Of a DNA stretch of 64,000 nucleotides, positions 24,495 to 37,856 are shown one piece after another; the stretch's first letter is position 1, and each line of letters begins with the position of its first letter. The position numbers were made by a program, and so were the translations under genes. A model generated the notes under the pieces. That model had not been told where the DNA came from. It searched no databases and saw only the letters and a program-made list of their open reading frames with translations. The stretch spans positions 132,062,001 to 132,126,000 of the forward strand of contig NW_024704742.1 of the NCBI RefSeq assembly GCF_018977255.1. Reading direction: 5' to 3'. Source of the DNA: Callorhinchus milii (lineage: Eukaryota).

Positions 24495-25085
24495 TAATAA
24501 TAATAATCCTTGCATTCGATATAGCGCCTTATCACGTCTTCAAGACGTCTCAAAGCGCTTCACAGGATATACTATGTATTTAGATAATTATTTGGGGAGG
24601 ACAAGTTTGCAGGGCTATTGGGAGAAAGCGGGAGAGTGGGATTAAATTGGATAGTTCTTTTCAAAGAGCCGGCACCGATGGGCCGAATGGCCTCCTTCTG
24701 TGCTGTATAATTCTATTATTCTATGATTTTGCAAGCAAACATAATAGTCAATTTGCACATAATATCTCACAAAATGTCATAAAATCAATGGCCATTGTTT
24801 TGTATATCTGGGGGATTGTTGGCCAGGACACTGGGAGAAACTCATTTCTATTTTCAAATGATGCCACAGGCTGTCAAATAATGTCAATAACAACAACAAC
24901 ATGCATTTATATAGAACCCTTCGCATGGGCAGCCTCTCGGAAAATGGCCACCTGAACAGATAGATGGGGTCTCGGTTTAACATCTCATCTGAAGGCTGGT
25001 ACCTCTGACAATGCAGAGCTCCCCCATACTTATCATGGGACTTCAATCCCAACCTTTTGACTTGGAGACAAGAGTGCTAGCAAAG
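24495..25085 (-). mobile_element. Family B SINE carrying nested CR1 (24580-24728, +) and L2 tip (24886-24942, -)
   Basis: B tail, middle and head segments are colinear once the two inserts are removed. Confidence 0.75.
24580..24728 (+). mobile_element. CR1 LINE 3' end
   Basis: GATGGGCCGAATGGCCTCCTTCTGTGCTGTATAATTCTATTATTCTATG; matches 40555-40705. Confidence 0.85.
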
Positions 25086-25436
25086 CCTCCAAATGAGTTG
25101 TTAAACCAAGGCCCCATCTGCCTGTTCAGTCTTCTCAAAGCGCTTCGCAGAATATATTATAAAGTGGTCACCTCCTCCCTCCCCAGTTCGGAGGCAAGCT
25201 TCGCCTCTGTTAAATATTCCGAGATGCTGCCCCGCTTGAAGGGCACTATATAAACTCCCCTTGTTGTTGTTATGCAGCGATCCCTGATGGAAAGTGCACT
25301 TGGCAAGAGTCTCTGCATGTGATATGAACTGGACAATGTAATGTCCTCGATCTTCAAGGTGCTTTGCGAAACACGTTGACTGACTTTTTGTTGTCCATCA
25401 TCCTGTGGAAATGAAGCCTCTCAACCAGCTTAGTTT

Positions 25437-25778
25437 ATAATAATCCTTACATTTGATAGAGCGCCTCATCAGGTCTTCGAGACGTCTCAAAGCACTTCCC
25501 AGAAAATACTGTAAAATGAATGGACCGTATATTTTCTGGCACCCAATTGCGCACAGCAGTTTCTTACAAACAGTCGTGGATTGAGTAACCAAATTATAAT
25601 TATGTTTATAAATTTATTATTTTTGGAAGGGATTATTACCAATCAATGAACAACCGGCTTCCTACTTACTGCTAGGTAAACAGAGGCGTGTGGAGTAAGG
25701 AAACTTGCCTAACGTTTCACCCTGTCTGGGAATCTTGCTTGTGAGGCGAGCCCGCTAACCACTACGCTAGGGGAATCG
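25437..25778 (-). mobile_element. SINE family A long form (older head)
   Basis: GGTAAACAGAGGCGTGTGGAGTAAGGAAACTTGCC; head CTAGCGTAGTGGTTAGC. Confidence 0.85.
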
Positions 25779-26029
25779 GAGAGAAATTGCAAGAATAACC
25801 AAATAATACCTCTAAAACAATCACCCCTATAAGGTATGTAAGACCCGGTTTCCAATATTAATGCAAATACAGGGAATTTGTTACCTCAAAAACAAAGCTC
25901 CATAGCAGCTAAACTGCCTTTACATATCATTGGCATAATTTCTACTGTTGATAATTCTACTTATTTATTATATGAATATAGAATGTCTGTGTAGAATAAA
26001 TCTCCAGAACCACATTGAATTCCCTCTGG

Positions 26030-27270
26030 AGCTCATTTGCATTAACCACTTCAATAGACTCCCCTGGTAACTCATACCACAAGTCTCCTATGGGTGTAAA
26101 AGTTCTGCCCGACTTCCTTTCTTGCTTCTAACTTCCTCATTTTAATTTGTGTCCTCCGGTATAATTTTTTTTCTTTTGAAGCCTTCTGTAAAAATTTGCC
26201 TGCATGAACTTCATCAATTCCCTCTGTAATGTTTCAAACTTCAATTAGGGTCACCTTGAAGTCTCCTCTTTTCCAAGGAAGTTAAAACCAACTTTGTTTA
26301 ACCTTTCCTCACAAGCTAAATATCCAATCAATGGCAATATGGGAAGAGTCCTTGTTACAAAGCATTTAGTTCTATATGCTTGGCTGCTGGTAAGGTCCTG
26401 TGTTCTCTTCAATTCAAACCTCTTTCAGCCCTTTTCTTAAGGCCACAGGATTGGTTCAGATGAAGAGGGCCCTTCGGCCCATCTGATCTCATCTTTCCAA
26501 AATACTCACCCAGCCTCTGAGTAAATAAAGACTTCCAGGTGCATGTTCTAAAATTGTCTTTTGCAAACCTAAACCAGTGGCCTTTTGCTCTGCTGTCTCT
26601 TGTATCAGAAAGTATTGATAATAATAATCCTTGTATTTGATATATCACATTGTTGAGATGTCTCAAAGCATTTCACAGAATATATTGTAAAGTGCAGTGA
26701 CTGTGCATTTTGTGGGCAAATTGTGGCAGACAGTTTGCCCACACAGTGGATTGAGTTACAAAATTATTATTAATTATTATTTTTTAAGGGACTATTACCC
26801 CTGTTAAAACTATCCACCAATCAACTGACACAGGTTCCTACTTATTGCTAAGTAAACAGAGGCATGTGGAGTAAAGAAATTTGCCTAAGATTTCGCCCTG
26901 CCCGGCAATCGAACCCTGGTCCTCTCGCTTGCAAGGTGAGTGCTCTAACCAATACACTATAAAACTCCACATTGCTCTGATATTACTTTCTGAATCCCAT
27001 TTGAAATCTTATCTATCACTATATGGGTTCTCTTTGAGATATTTGGTGTCTGCATTGGCTTGGCATCCTTCCTAAAGTGGTCTGACCAAAATTGGACACA
27101 AAATTCTAACCGAGGTCTAACTGATTCATTTTACCGCCTAACATATATTTGCTCTCCTTTTCCTACCTCACAAAATGTATAACCTCAAATTGATGTGCCT
27201 TAAATTTCATCTGCCATCTCTCTGCCCAGGTAACTAATCTGTCTATGTCCCCCTGAAGTTGATTACAATT
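26030..27270 (-). mobile_element. Fragmented old CR1 LINE pieces (interrupted by a SINE at 26617-26970)
   Basis: 27163-27270 translates CNQLQGDIDRLVTWAERWQMKFKAHQFEVIHF, typical of CR1 ORF2 after the RT core. 26220-26320 and 26440-26590 resemble CR1 3' regions. Confidence 0.7.
26617..26970 (-). mobile_element. SINE family A long form
   Basis: TTCCTACTTATTGCTAAGTAAACAGAGGC middle; AATCGAACCCTGGTCCTCTCGCTTGCAAGG head. Confidence 0.85.
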
Positions 27271-30200
27271 ACCTGTGAGTTGCTTAGAGATATCATTAGC
27301 AGTGGAATCATCCATAGACGAGCATTGATAGCACACTCGGCCCATATCACTAGATTTTAGAACCTGCTGGTCTTCCCAGCGTGGAAAGATCTGTCCCCAG
27401 AAACAGCACAAAGCAGTCTCATTGGATCTGTAAGGCAGCTTGTTTCTGCCTCCTGTGGCTTGGGAAATTAAAGCAGAAAGACTTGTGTCAGACTCCACTC
27501 CACACTCAGTGCATGGAATGCACAATCTCCCTAAACCATCAGTGTAGCAATTGATATAATAGGCTTGGCGTATAATGTGAATCCTTTGAATGGCATCTTT
27601 GCCTCTTTACTGGGGCTTTGAACATCAGGGTCTCATTGTGTTTTCATTGATGATACACCGGCTAAATAAATTGAAAATTTCAACATGTAAACTTTCGGTG
27701 ACCTCCGCCAATACATGGTATGAGTGAGGGAGTCACGGTGTGCAGAATAAAACAAGCCAAAGCACTCCTCTGGTTTAGTGTCTCAAATTCTATGTTTGGA
27801 TCAAAGGAACTGCGGAATAATAATTAGCGCAATTTTAAATTCAATCTATTTTTAATGCATTCAGTTTTGACTCAAAATACTAACTGGAAAGCCAGAATAA
27901 TTCTGTTAGGACGCTTTGTATCTGAAAAACTTATGTGAATTAAAGGGTGAGTGGGTGGGGGATGCAGGTGGAGTGGAATCTGTCTAATGTTTTGTCAAAT
28001 GAAATTTTCATTTTGCAGCTGAACTGAATGGAAAATTAAATGCAATTCAATTGTTGTTTAAAGCAACAAATGCTCTGGCCTCTTCCATCCCATGGAACAG
28101 TAACACTATTGCACAACCAACCACTGAGTAATCTTTGGTCACAACTAATAATACACCCTGTAATCATGGAATCCGTATAATATATAATAATTTTGATAAC
28201 ATTGATTGTCACAGATCCACATCGGAAGCAGTTCCATTGTTGATCCCAGGGCAGGACAGCATTTCTGAAATTTAAAATCTTAAATATGAGCTTTGGGTCT
28301 CCCCTGATGACTGTTGCTTGCATTGCCAAGTGTGAACATTTCACAACATAAGGCTTGTCAGTGCAATACAATTGTATTTACTGCATTACACACAAGAGCA
28401 CATTTTTGGAAAACATCCCTGTTACATCCTTTCTCTTTGTGGCTCAGCGTCAATAATAATAATAATCCTTGCATTTGATACAGTGCTTTTCACGACTTCT
28501 AGACGTCTCAAAGCGCTTCACAGAATATGCTGTAACGTTAATTGACCGTATATTTGTGGGTAAAACCCTGCCACTGTTAAGCACTCCAAGACAAAATCTG
28601 TACGAAGAGTGCTATGTAAATGCAAGTTGTTGTGAAAATCTCTGATAAGTCATCTGTGCAATGAAATGATATAAGCCCACATGAACTGTGTTGTGAGACT
28701 ATTCTCAATATCCTTTGCAATATATACTGAGCCACATAGGTAAGGAAGGTTTCATAAATGAACCCTGCCTTTGCTGGGTTTTATTTACAATTCGGTACTT
28801 TTTATATTGTCTCATCATACCAAAAGCACAACAACAAGTGATCGCTACAAAATATTGTGATTATATTTATAGATAAAAGTAGCAGCTGTTTATATTTTGC
28901 ACATAGCCTTTAGGTAAGTGATTTATCTGGAGGATTGTTGGCCAGCACACCAAGAGAAATAGTCTTCACTTTGTCTAATGGTATCACGGAATCTTCCACA
29001 TAAAGATTAATCAGATGGTTTAAAGTTTCAACTAAAGAACTGCATCTCTGACAATGCAGCACTCCCCCAGAACTATAATGGAGTGAAAGGCTAGACCATG
29101 AACTCATATCACAAGGATTCCACTCACAACCTTCTTACCTAGAGATAAGAAGACTCGCAACTGAGCCAAGCAGATACTACAGTTGACCTCAATATTAAGG
29201 CTTACCTCTTTAAGCTTTCAGCTCCCCCACACCCCACCCCATCTCGTCCCTCAGCACTAAAGCTTGGGTGCCAAGCCAGCAGAGTAAAGCACTTTGAAAC
29301 CTCTATGAATAGAAATTGTATTGTATTGTATCCCAGATGGAATGAGGAGAATATCGGTCAATTATCCCACTCCCAGTCCTGTTCTGATCAATGCTAGGTT
29401 GAGAGGCAAATCAACAATCAGATAAAGGATAACTAAATGGTGAGTCTGAGCAATTTCAACCTAGTTCTCACTGAACGGGATCAAGCCAATAGCACCAAAA
29501 TCCATAATAGGGCAGAAATTGGCCCTAAATAATTAATTTCACTTAGAGAGGGCCACACAAATAATTTGTTTGAGAAATGGGAAAAAACAAAAANTATCAC
29601 ACCACTGAAGTACAAGATGGACTTCTGCGGTCATGGCAGCTCTATGTTACCCCTGAGATGCTTTGATGTGTAAAATGAGATAGTGTTTCATTCCCCAGAG
29701 CTCTTATAGAAACATAGACATTTATTTTCAGCACAGAGAAGAAGCACAGAATTCACCCCACTGTGTCTGTGCCATTGTTTTGTCAAGTTGCTCTTGTATC
29801 GATAACCGTTACAGTATAAGGAAGAGAAGTAAACCAATAATAAGAAAGACTCGCATTTGTCATAACGCCTTATCATGTCATTGAGACATCTCAAAGCACT
29901 TCAAAGGATAAACTGTAAAGTGGCTTGACTGCGCATGTTGTAGGCAATATGCAGCAGCTAGTTTGTGGACAGTAATGTCCCACAAACAGCCATGAAGTGA
30001 GTGACTCGTTTTATTTTGGGGATTATTAGTGTGTTGTAAAGCACTGGATGTTGTTTACTTTTATTTTCCAACCTCTACCTTCTTCAATGCATCGAGTTTG
30101 CGCCCACCCCTCTTTAAGCAAGCGTTCTGTCTTGCACAAAGCTGTCGAACTTTCTGTTAGTTTTACAAGTTCCACTACAGAACCTATTAACTGTTTGCTT

Positions 30201-31299
30201 CTACAGGGAAATATCCCCGTCAAGCTGCAGTCTGCAACATTGATTTTTGAGGTGGTGAATGACAGTTCCCAACAGCCTAAGTAGGTTATAACAAGGCAGC
30301 TGCAGGGTTATAACAGCTGCTAGACTATACAGGGGTGAAAATGCAGCCACAATGTTCTCCTGATTTCTCCCTGAAGAAAGGAAATGCCAATAATGTGGTC
30401 CCCCGTTCTCAAGCTGAGCAGCTCCAGAGCACAACGCAGATACAACAATGTAATCACAAAGTTTCTTTAACTTATAACCTGGGGAAACACAGGAATCCAT
30501 GACAAATTAGTTCTAATCTAATCAACAGCAAGCAAACGGGGCACTGCGGTGTAATCTTTCCCGTCCCTCGACCTAATGAGTATTTAAATTTTCTTATCGC
30601 AAAACTGAAACGATCCTCATTTAAAAAAGACTACGCCGATATAAAACTAAAATTGGAAAATATTTTTCTGTTTTATTTTTGCAACCGGCCACGGGGAAAG
30701 GCATGAAACATAATAATAATAATAATTATAATCCTTGCATTCGATATAGCTCCTTATCACATCATTGATTCGTCTCAAAGAGCTTCATAGAATTTTACTG
30801 TGAATTTTCAGTGATTATTTTTGTGGGCAAACGCAGCAGCCATCATAAATAATAACAATCTTTGCATTTCATATAGCACCTTGTCAAGACATTGAGACGT
30901 CTCAAAGAGCTTCACAAAATATACTGTAAAGTGAATTGGCTGTATATTGTGTGGAGGAAACGCAGCAGCCAATTGTGCACGGTAGTGTCCAACAAAGAGT
31001 TATGGCAAAAAATAACAGAGTATTAGGATTAAAAGATCAGGCAATGTCTAATAAACAACAACAACATGTATTTATGTAGTGCCCTTCATGCGGATAGTGT
31101 CTCAGATAAACTCTTAGAACTGGCTTGATAGGCTGAATGGCCTTCTCCTGCTCCTATTTTCCAATGTTCCTAAAACCAAAAAGAACTGTTGAAAATGTTA
31201 CAGGGTCATACAATTTTGTGGACTAGAATGCTCTGTGAAGTTTTACATTTTAACTTAAAATGGTCTTACTACAACTACGACAACTTGTTGGATGCGGGG

Positions 31300-31540
31300 T
31301 TGGACAGTGAGTAAGGGAGAAGTAAGGGGAGAGCAAGGTGACCATCTGTGAAGAGATGGGATTTAAAGAACGATAAAGAGGGGGCAAGGTGGAGATATTG
31401 AGGTGGAGGGATTGAGGCAGGCAGTTCCAGAGGTTAGGGATGTAGTGGCTGAAGGCACAGCCATCAATATTGGAGGGGGTTGGGTGGAGAGGGCGACTCA
31501 GCAGGCCTGTGTTAGATGAGCGGGGTGGGGAGAGCAGGCA
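31300..31540 (-). mobile_element. L2 LINE fragment (old)
   Basis: CAGTTCCAGAGGTTAGGGATGTAGTGGCTGAAGGCACAGCCATCAAT is the reverse of IDGCAFSHYIPNLWN. Confidence 0.8.
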
Positions 31541-32065
31541 AAAATGTGGGTTATAATAATAATAAAATAATAATGAGCACATCGGAGAGGCTAGAACAAG
31601 GTAACATTTTGAGTCTTTTTGCTTTTGGCCTGTCTGGCACATCTGGAGCCTGAGTGCTAATGCAGATTTTGCAACTCTGTATTCCAGTTCCCGTCAGCGA
31701 CCCCTTCAATCTCCAGCGTTACCAACTTGTCAAAACTTTTGCTGAGAAACAGCAACGTGTCTGCCTGCACACTCCGGGGAGGGATCTCTTGGCAAAGTTG
31801 CTAAAACGCTTCCTTTAGGTGCTATTTTTGCAAGATAATTATTCCACAAATCACAGCCTTGCATGAAGATGTCTTACACCTGTTTTGACTCCTTCTGACT
31901 CGTCCACAGGAGATATTTAGGAGGTGTTTATTGAGAGCTCACCATATATTCCTACAAATTGACTGTTGGCCAGATCTGTTTGTCTAAAGCGTTACAAAAT
32001 AAGAAAGGGACAAAATAAACACGCGCAGGCCAGGATTATTGTTTCAGGATAATGTTACTACTACT

Positions 32066-32450
32066 GTGGATTCCGGTAGTGTAGTGGTTAGCATGCTCAC
32101 CTCGCAAGGGAGAGGACCCATGTTCAATTCCCAGGCCGGGAGAAACCTCGAGGAAGTTTTCTTACTTCACACACCTCTGTTTATTTTGCAGTAAGTAAGA
32201 ACACGGTTGTCCGTCGATTGACGAATCGCTTTTCAGGACTAATAACCCCTCTAATATACAAAACCAAAAAATTGGTCACTCAATCCACGACTGTTTGTGG
32301 GACACTGCTGTGCACAATTGGCTGCAGCATTTCGCCCACAAAATAACAAATCAATCCACTTTACAATATATTCTCTGAAGCACTTTGATATGTCTCGATA
32401 ACATGAGACATATCAACGATATATAGGCGCTATATCAAATGCAAGGATTT
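32066..32450 (+). mobile_element. SINE family A long form (older head)
   Basis: GTAGTGTAGTGGTTAGCATGCTCACCTCGCAAGGGAGAGGACCCATGTTCAATTCC; CCTCTGTTTATTTTGCAGTAAGTAAGAAC; tail. Confidence 0.85.
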
Positions 32451-33949
32451 TGTTTCCCATGAATCAGAAGCACTGTGAGTCCACAGTCACTACACTTGAC
32501 AAAAGCCTTGGTTCTTGCCTAAACACTTAGATTAAGTAAGCAGAGTGCAATCCTCTGGTGAGAGAGTGCATACCAGACAAACAGAAACCTTAATAATGCT
32601 AAACTTTGCACTTGATATAGCGCCATATCACGTCATTGAGACATCTTAAAGTACTTTGCAGGAGTTACCGTGAAGGGTTGTGGCTTGTCTGTGTATTTGA
32701 CAGCCTTGAAATGAGTGATACATTTTATTTGGGGGTTTCTTTAGCAGGATCCTGCGAGAAACTTCTTTCACTTTTCGAACAGATCCTTAACATCTACCCA
32801 GTGAACAGGTGGAAACCAGACATATGTGGAACTCTAAGCAATTTGACTTGGATACCCTTTAAGCATGGCGATCGGTTTCTGCTTGTGCTAAGTACCTGAC
32901 TCACCAGGAAAAAAATGCATTTGGGGGGGATTTTACCTTAGAAATGAATTTCGCTTTTCTTTTTCTTGATTGTTTTTTCTTGATTTCATGCCCTCCACCT
33001 TAAAGAAAAGTTCCCATTTTTCTTGGGGGTGGGAGAAACCTTGTAGCAGTATCGAAAAGTTTATTTTAAAATCTGAGCCTGGGATTTATCCATGCGTGCA
33101 AACACAACCACTCAAAGATTTGTTCAATTGGTTTCCCACAACACTGCACTTTCTCCGAGGCCTGATACAGAAAACTGGTGCTTTACTGCAGCTTAATGGG
33201 ACTGGGAGAAAATTATAAGGAACACATTGTTCTTTTGAAATTAAGACCCTCAGTCAATTTGTTCAGGTTTGTTATCCAGGCATCTTGTGCACTTGGAGTA
33301 TCTTACGTACATCCAGAATATGAAATTGGAACCATCTGACTAGAAAGCAAATTAACAAGAGGGGCAATTGACAACAGTATCTCGACAGTGCTTCTTCATG
33401 CCAATGCATGAATTCTTTACTCGCTGTATCTTATATATTTTTTGTCCACAAAATATACAGTCAATTCACTTTACAGTATATTCTGTGAAGCGCTTTGAGA
33501 TGTTTCAAAGATGTGATAAGGTGCTATATTAAATGCAAGGATTATTATTATTATTATTATCTTGTTTCTCCTTCAGTTCCTAGGACTCAATGAATAAGGC
33601 ATTGTATTGTACCCATAGTTTTGTGTCAGTTTCATACATTGCTATTTCGACTACAAAATACAGTCACTGCACTTTGCAGTAAATCCTATGGGGCACTTTG
33701 AGATGTCTTCCTGACGTGTAAGGCACTGTTTCAAATGCAAAAATTATCATTTTTATTTCTACCACACATTTTGGATTTCACTAATGTTCTTCCGTTCTTT
33801 TTTACAAGCACATTCTTCCTCCTTGTCACAAGTTCAGGTGTAACCTATTAAAAACATGTCTTATCTAGAAATCTGCAGCTCTGGTGGATGACCATTGCAG
33901 TTTATCTGTTTGGTCAGAAAGATGATTATTTTTTAACAACAAATCTTAC

Positions 33950-33984
<35 letters not shown>

Positions 33985-34009
33985 CCCTCAATTCAAATTT
34001 TTCACCAAA

Positions 34010-34435
34010 TAATATTATCCTTACATTTGATATAGCATCTTTCACTTCATTTCCAAATGCTTCTGAGGATGCGAAGGGATACTGTAAAGTGCGGTGACTG
34101 CAGTTTGAGGGCAAACACAGAAACTAATTTGTACATAGCAACAATCCACATACAATCATGAAGTGAATGGCGGATGCTGGTCAGGATCAGCGAGAAACTC
34201 TCTTCTCTTTTTTAAGAAGTGCCATAGGATCTTTAACATCCTCCTGACCAAGTCGACGGGACCTCAGTTTTAACATTTCATCCAAAGAACAGCATCTCCA
34301 ACAACGCAGCACACCTCAACACTGCATTGGAGTGTCAGCCTAGACTATGTGAGTTCACAGTCCCGACGTGGGGCCTGAACTCACAATCTTCTGACTCCGA
34401 GGTGACGAGTGCTACCAACTGAGGCAGCCCGACAC
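34010..34435 (-). mobile_element. DeuSINE-type SINE (family B), full length
   Basis: GAGTGCTACCAACTGAGGCAGCCCGACAC head; GTGCCATAGGATCTTTAACATCC central region. Confidence 0.8.
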
Positions 34436-35169
34436 GTAGCTGTCTAACTTCTATTTGTGCCTGCTGACGTACTCTGCCTCTGTATTCACTTCTCCCCTGT
34501 GGAATCCCATGCCAAGGAAGCTTGGAAAATGTTACACATTTCTCTAACACCGGTTTAGTGTTTCATTAGAAGTATTTATGCATTACATCATTCACGGATG
34601 CAACTGAGGGATCCCAAATCATGTTTAAACCACCTACATTCCTCCGAGATGTTCTGCCCTTGATTTTCCTTCTGTTAAACTCTCCAGACTTCTGGGCAAT
34701 TCTGCCAAGTTGAACACAAAGGCCTGAAAATCGTAATAAAAAAAAAGAATCTTCGCAGAGAATTAATAGTTTCCAATTATGTCACTGATGTAAGCGAAAT
34801 TGAAATTACTCTTAAAATTGAGAACTGTTAGATATCCTTTCTTGCCCTTCCTCGTTTTAATCATAATCCCTCTTCTGAATAAAAACGGGTGACAAAACAT
34901 CTTTATTAACCTTGCACAAAAGTGGTTTTGCGTTCTGCTGTAATTGGGCAAAAAGCATTTCAGTCACTCTTGGCTTGGCACCAACTATTATACAAAATAT
35001 CTATCCAAAGGCGATAAATTAGCATATAATTCAGAAATATTTCGTGAAGCTTTTGCACCAGTCGATCTCTTTGCCTCCCCCGATTTCCACATTGCATCGG
35101 AGACACAATGAACTGAAATGGAAAACCACAGAAAGTTTTTATGTCCAGCTTCACAGGTGTGTGTGCGTG

Positions 35170-35475
35170 TGAGACAGCCTGGCTCAGCTGGTAGAACTCT
35201 TTCGCTTGAGTCAGAATGGTATTGCTTCTCGACTGCCTGTTCAGGTGGACGTTAAAGATCCCGTGGTACAAGTTGAAAAGAGAAGGGGATTCCTCCCTAG
35301 GTCCTGGCCAATAATCCCTCAACTGAAATTGTTCTTTCACTTCATGGCTGTTTGAAAGACTTTGCTGTGCGCAAATTAGCTGCTCGTTTTGCCAACCAAA
35401 TACATAGTTTTTACAATTTACAATATATACTTTCAGACATTCTCCAGACATGAAAGGTGCTGTATGAAATGAAGG
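35170..35475 (+). mobile_element. Family B SINE, internally deleted
   Basis: CAGCCTGGCTCAGCTGGTAG head fused to CTGCCTGTTCAGGTGGACGTTAAAGATCCCGTGG. Confidence 0.8.
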
Positions 35476-35527
35476 ATCGTGTGTGACAATACAATTTGTT
35501 GTTGTGGTTGTGCTCTATGTACTCCAT

Positions 35528-35844
35528 GTGGAGTCCTGTAGCTCAGTGGTTAAAGAACTCGCCTTTCAAGCGAGAGACCTGGGTTTGATTCCCAGCAAGG
35601 TGAAACCATGGGCAAGTTTCCTTACTCCACACGCCTGATAATAATCCCTCAAGGAAAAATACAATAATAAATTGGTCACTTCAATCCATGACTGTTTGCG
35701 GGACGCTGCTATGCGCAATTGGCTGCCACATTTTCACCCACAAATATACAGTCAATTCACTTTACAGTCTATTCTGTGAAGTGCTTTGAGACGTCTTCAA
35801 GATGTGAAAAGCGCTATATCAAATGCAAGGATTATTATTATTAT
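35528..35844 (+). mobile_element. SINE family A short form
   Basis: GTGGAGTCCTGTAGCTCAGTGG head; CCTTACTCCACACGCCTGATAATAATCCC junction; (TTA)n. Confidence 0.9.
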
Positions 35845-35992
35845 ATATACACTAATGGCCAGAGATAATTCAGAATTCATGTGGAGGATTTTGCTAATAC
35901 ATTTCTAATAACTTAGACACAGATTCAATGCCCAGGTTTGGATACAATGGCCTCAAAAGGACCACAGTGTTTTGCAGAGATCAGGAAATAGG

Positions 35993-36256
35993 AAGGTTTA
36001 GGTCTAGAAGGACAAGTAGCAGGACACTTTCAACCAGTTTTTAAGCTGGTTAAGCTCTAGCAGTTACCTCAATGCACATTCTGGGTCCCCAAGTCTTGGC
36101 TCTTGCCAACCTGTACCTAATAGTCTCCAGAATAAGCTGGGTACATCCCTCCAGGGAGAGAATGTAGGTATTCTTTTTCAGATACAGGGAAATGTTCATG
36201 TGTGGGTGATAGACATACAGGGCAGTCTCAGTCTGGTTTGGATTCTCTTACTCCAA
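35993..36256 (-). repeat. Unclassified old interspersed repeat, copy 2 of 3
   Basis: GGGTCCCCAAGTCTTGGCTCTTGCCAACCTG is the reverse complement of the block at 7908-7938. Confidence 0.75.
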
Positions 36257-36498
36257 TACAATAAATAATAATAATCCCTGGATTTGATATAGCGCCTTAT
36301 CACGCCTTCAAGACGTCTCAAAGTGTTTCATAGCGTACACTGTAAAGTGGGGTGACTGTGTGTTTTGTGGGCGAAATGTGACAGTCAATTGCGCACTGCG
36401 ACGTCCCACAAACAGGCATGGATTAAATGACCAAATTATATTGTTATTTTGTTTTGAAAGGATTAATAGCCCCTTTTATACATATACATTTATATTTA

Positions 36499-36810
36499 GT
36501 GGAGTCCTGTAGCTCAGTGGTTAGAGCACTCGCTTTGCAAGCGAGAGACCTGAGCTCAATTCCAGGCAGGGCGAAACCTTGGGCAAGTTTCCTTACTCCA
36601 CATGCCTCAAAATAATCCCTCCAAAACCAAAAACAATAATAAATTGGTAATTTTCAATCTACGACTGTTTGTGGGACATTACTGTGCGCAATTGGCTGCC
36701 GCGTTCGCCCACAAATATACAGTCAATTCACTTTACAGTGTGTTCTGTGAAGCGCTTTGGGACGTCCTCCCGATGTGAAAAGCACTATATCAAATGCAAG
36801 GATTATTATA
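36499..36810 (+). mobile_element. SINE family A short form with L2-identical CTCCC hairpin tail
   Basis: tRNA-Ala(TGC)-like head; tail AGCGCTTTGGGACGTCCTCCCGATGTGAAAAGCACT. Confidence 0.9.
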
Positions 36811-37436
36811 GTGCCTTTCATGTCTCAAAATGCTTAACACAACTGGCTGGGTACCTGAGCTGGGGATGGAAGCTGAGGGAGGTGGATAGGGGAAAGATAA
36901 CTGAAAGCGTAGTCAAAGAGGTAGGCTTTGAGACAGCCCTTGGACAAGGTGAGTGAGGGAGAAAGGGAGCGTAGTGATGGGTTTCCACGTGTGTCAGACA
37001 CCCGACTAACCAAACAGGAGAATTCATGTCACGATGAGACATCCCCAGAAATAACCGCTGGATACCTCCACAGAGAAAGTAAGATTCAGAAAGAATATGA
37101 TGAAGCTTTAGAAAATGGTGAGACAATGAAAATGTGGGCAGGTTACTTTGCGCAGACTGTGAAGGGCATGGTTAGAAAATTAACAAGCATCTGGAGAGAT
37201 TAGAAATTGGAAGATTTACTTTTCACTGAGCAGTTGATCTGTGGGACAGACCCCAATCAAAGCATTTAATGTTAGATTGATTAACTCTGATGAAAAGAGT
37301 TTGATGAATGGGAATGAAGCTCATAAAAATAGTGTTAAGAACAGATATAGGTGATTAAATACTTTATGGAACATCCTTTTTTTACTTCAATAACCAGCAT
37401 AAAGGGCAAAAGCTCATACTGTCAGCACCGCCAAGG

Positions 37437-37856
37437 TTAGAATCATAGAATCCTGCTGCACAGAAGGAAATCACGTGTCCCATTGTATCTGTGCCAACTC
37501 TTTGAAAGAGATATCCAATTAGTCCCACTCCCCCGCTCTTACCCCACAGCCTGGCAAATTTTTATTTTTCAAATAACTATCCAATTATAATAATAATAAT
37601 CCTTGCATTGATATAGCGCCTTATTACGTCTTCAAGACGTCTCAAAGCGCTTCACAGGATACTCTGTCAATTGAATTGACTGTGTATTTTGTGGGTGAAA
37701 CACGGCAGCCAATTGCGCACAGCGGTGTCGCACAAACAGTTGTGATTTGAGTGACCAAATTATTATTATTATTGAATCTGCTTCCACCACTCTTTCAGGC
37801 AGTGCATTCCAGATTGTAAAATATTTCTCCTCATCTCCCCTCTGGTTCTTTTGCCA
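37437..37856 (-). mobile_element. CR1 3' end interrupted by a 5'-truncated family-A-type SINE (37586-37770)
   Basis: TAGAATCATAGAATC tail, CCAATTAGTCCCACTCCCCCGCTC; resumes ATTGAATCTGCTTCCACCACTCTTTCAGGCAGTGCATTCCAGAT (IWNALPERVVEADSI). Confidence 0.85.

Noticed and set aside
28715..29590. Faint resemblance (also 5480-5670, 43200-43360, 46120-46230) to another old SINE
   Set aside because: Too decayed to align reliably by eye.
30075..30290. Splice-like signals on both strands (acceptor TTTGCTTCTACAG at ~30205; minus frame GSVVELVK..EEG)
   Set aside because: Peptides unrecognised, minus-strand acceptor lacks a pyrimidine tract, and no partner exons; compatible with chance.
36499..36573. Apparent tRNA-Ala genes (here and at each family A head)
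   Set aside because: Every copy continues into a SINE body and L2-type tail, with no Pol III T-run terminator after the head; copies carry independent mutations.
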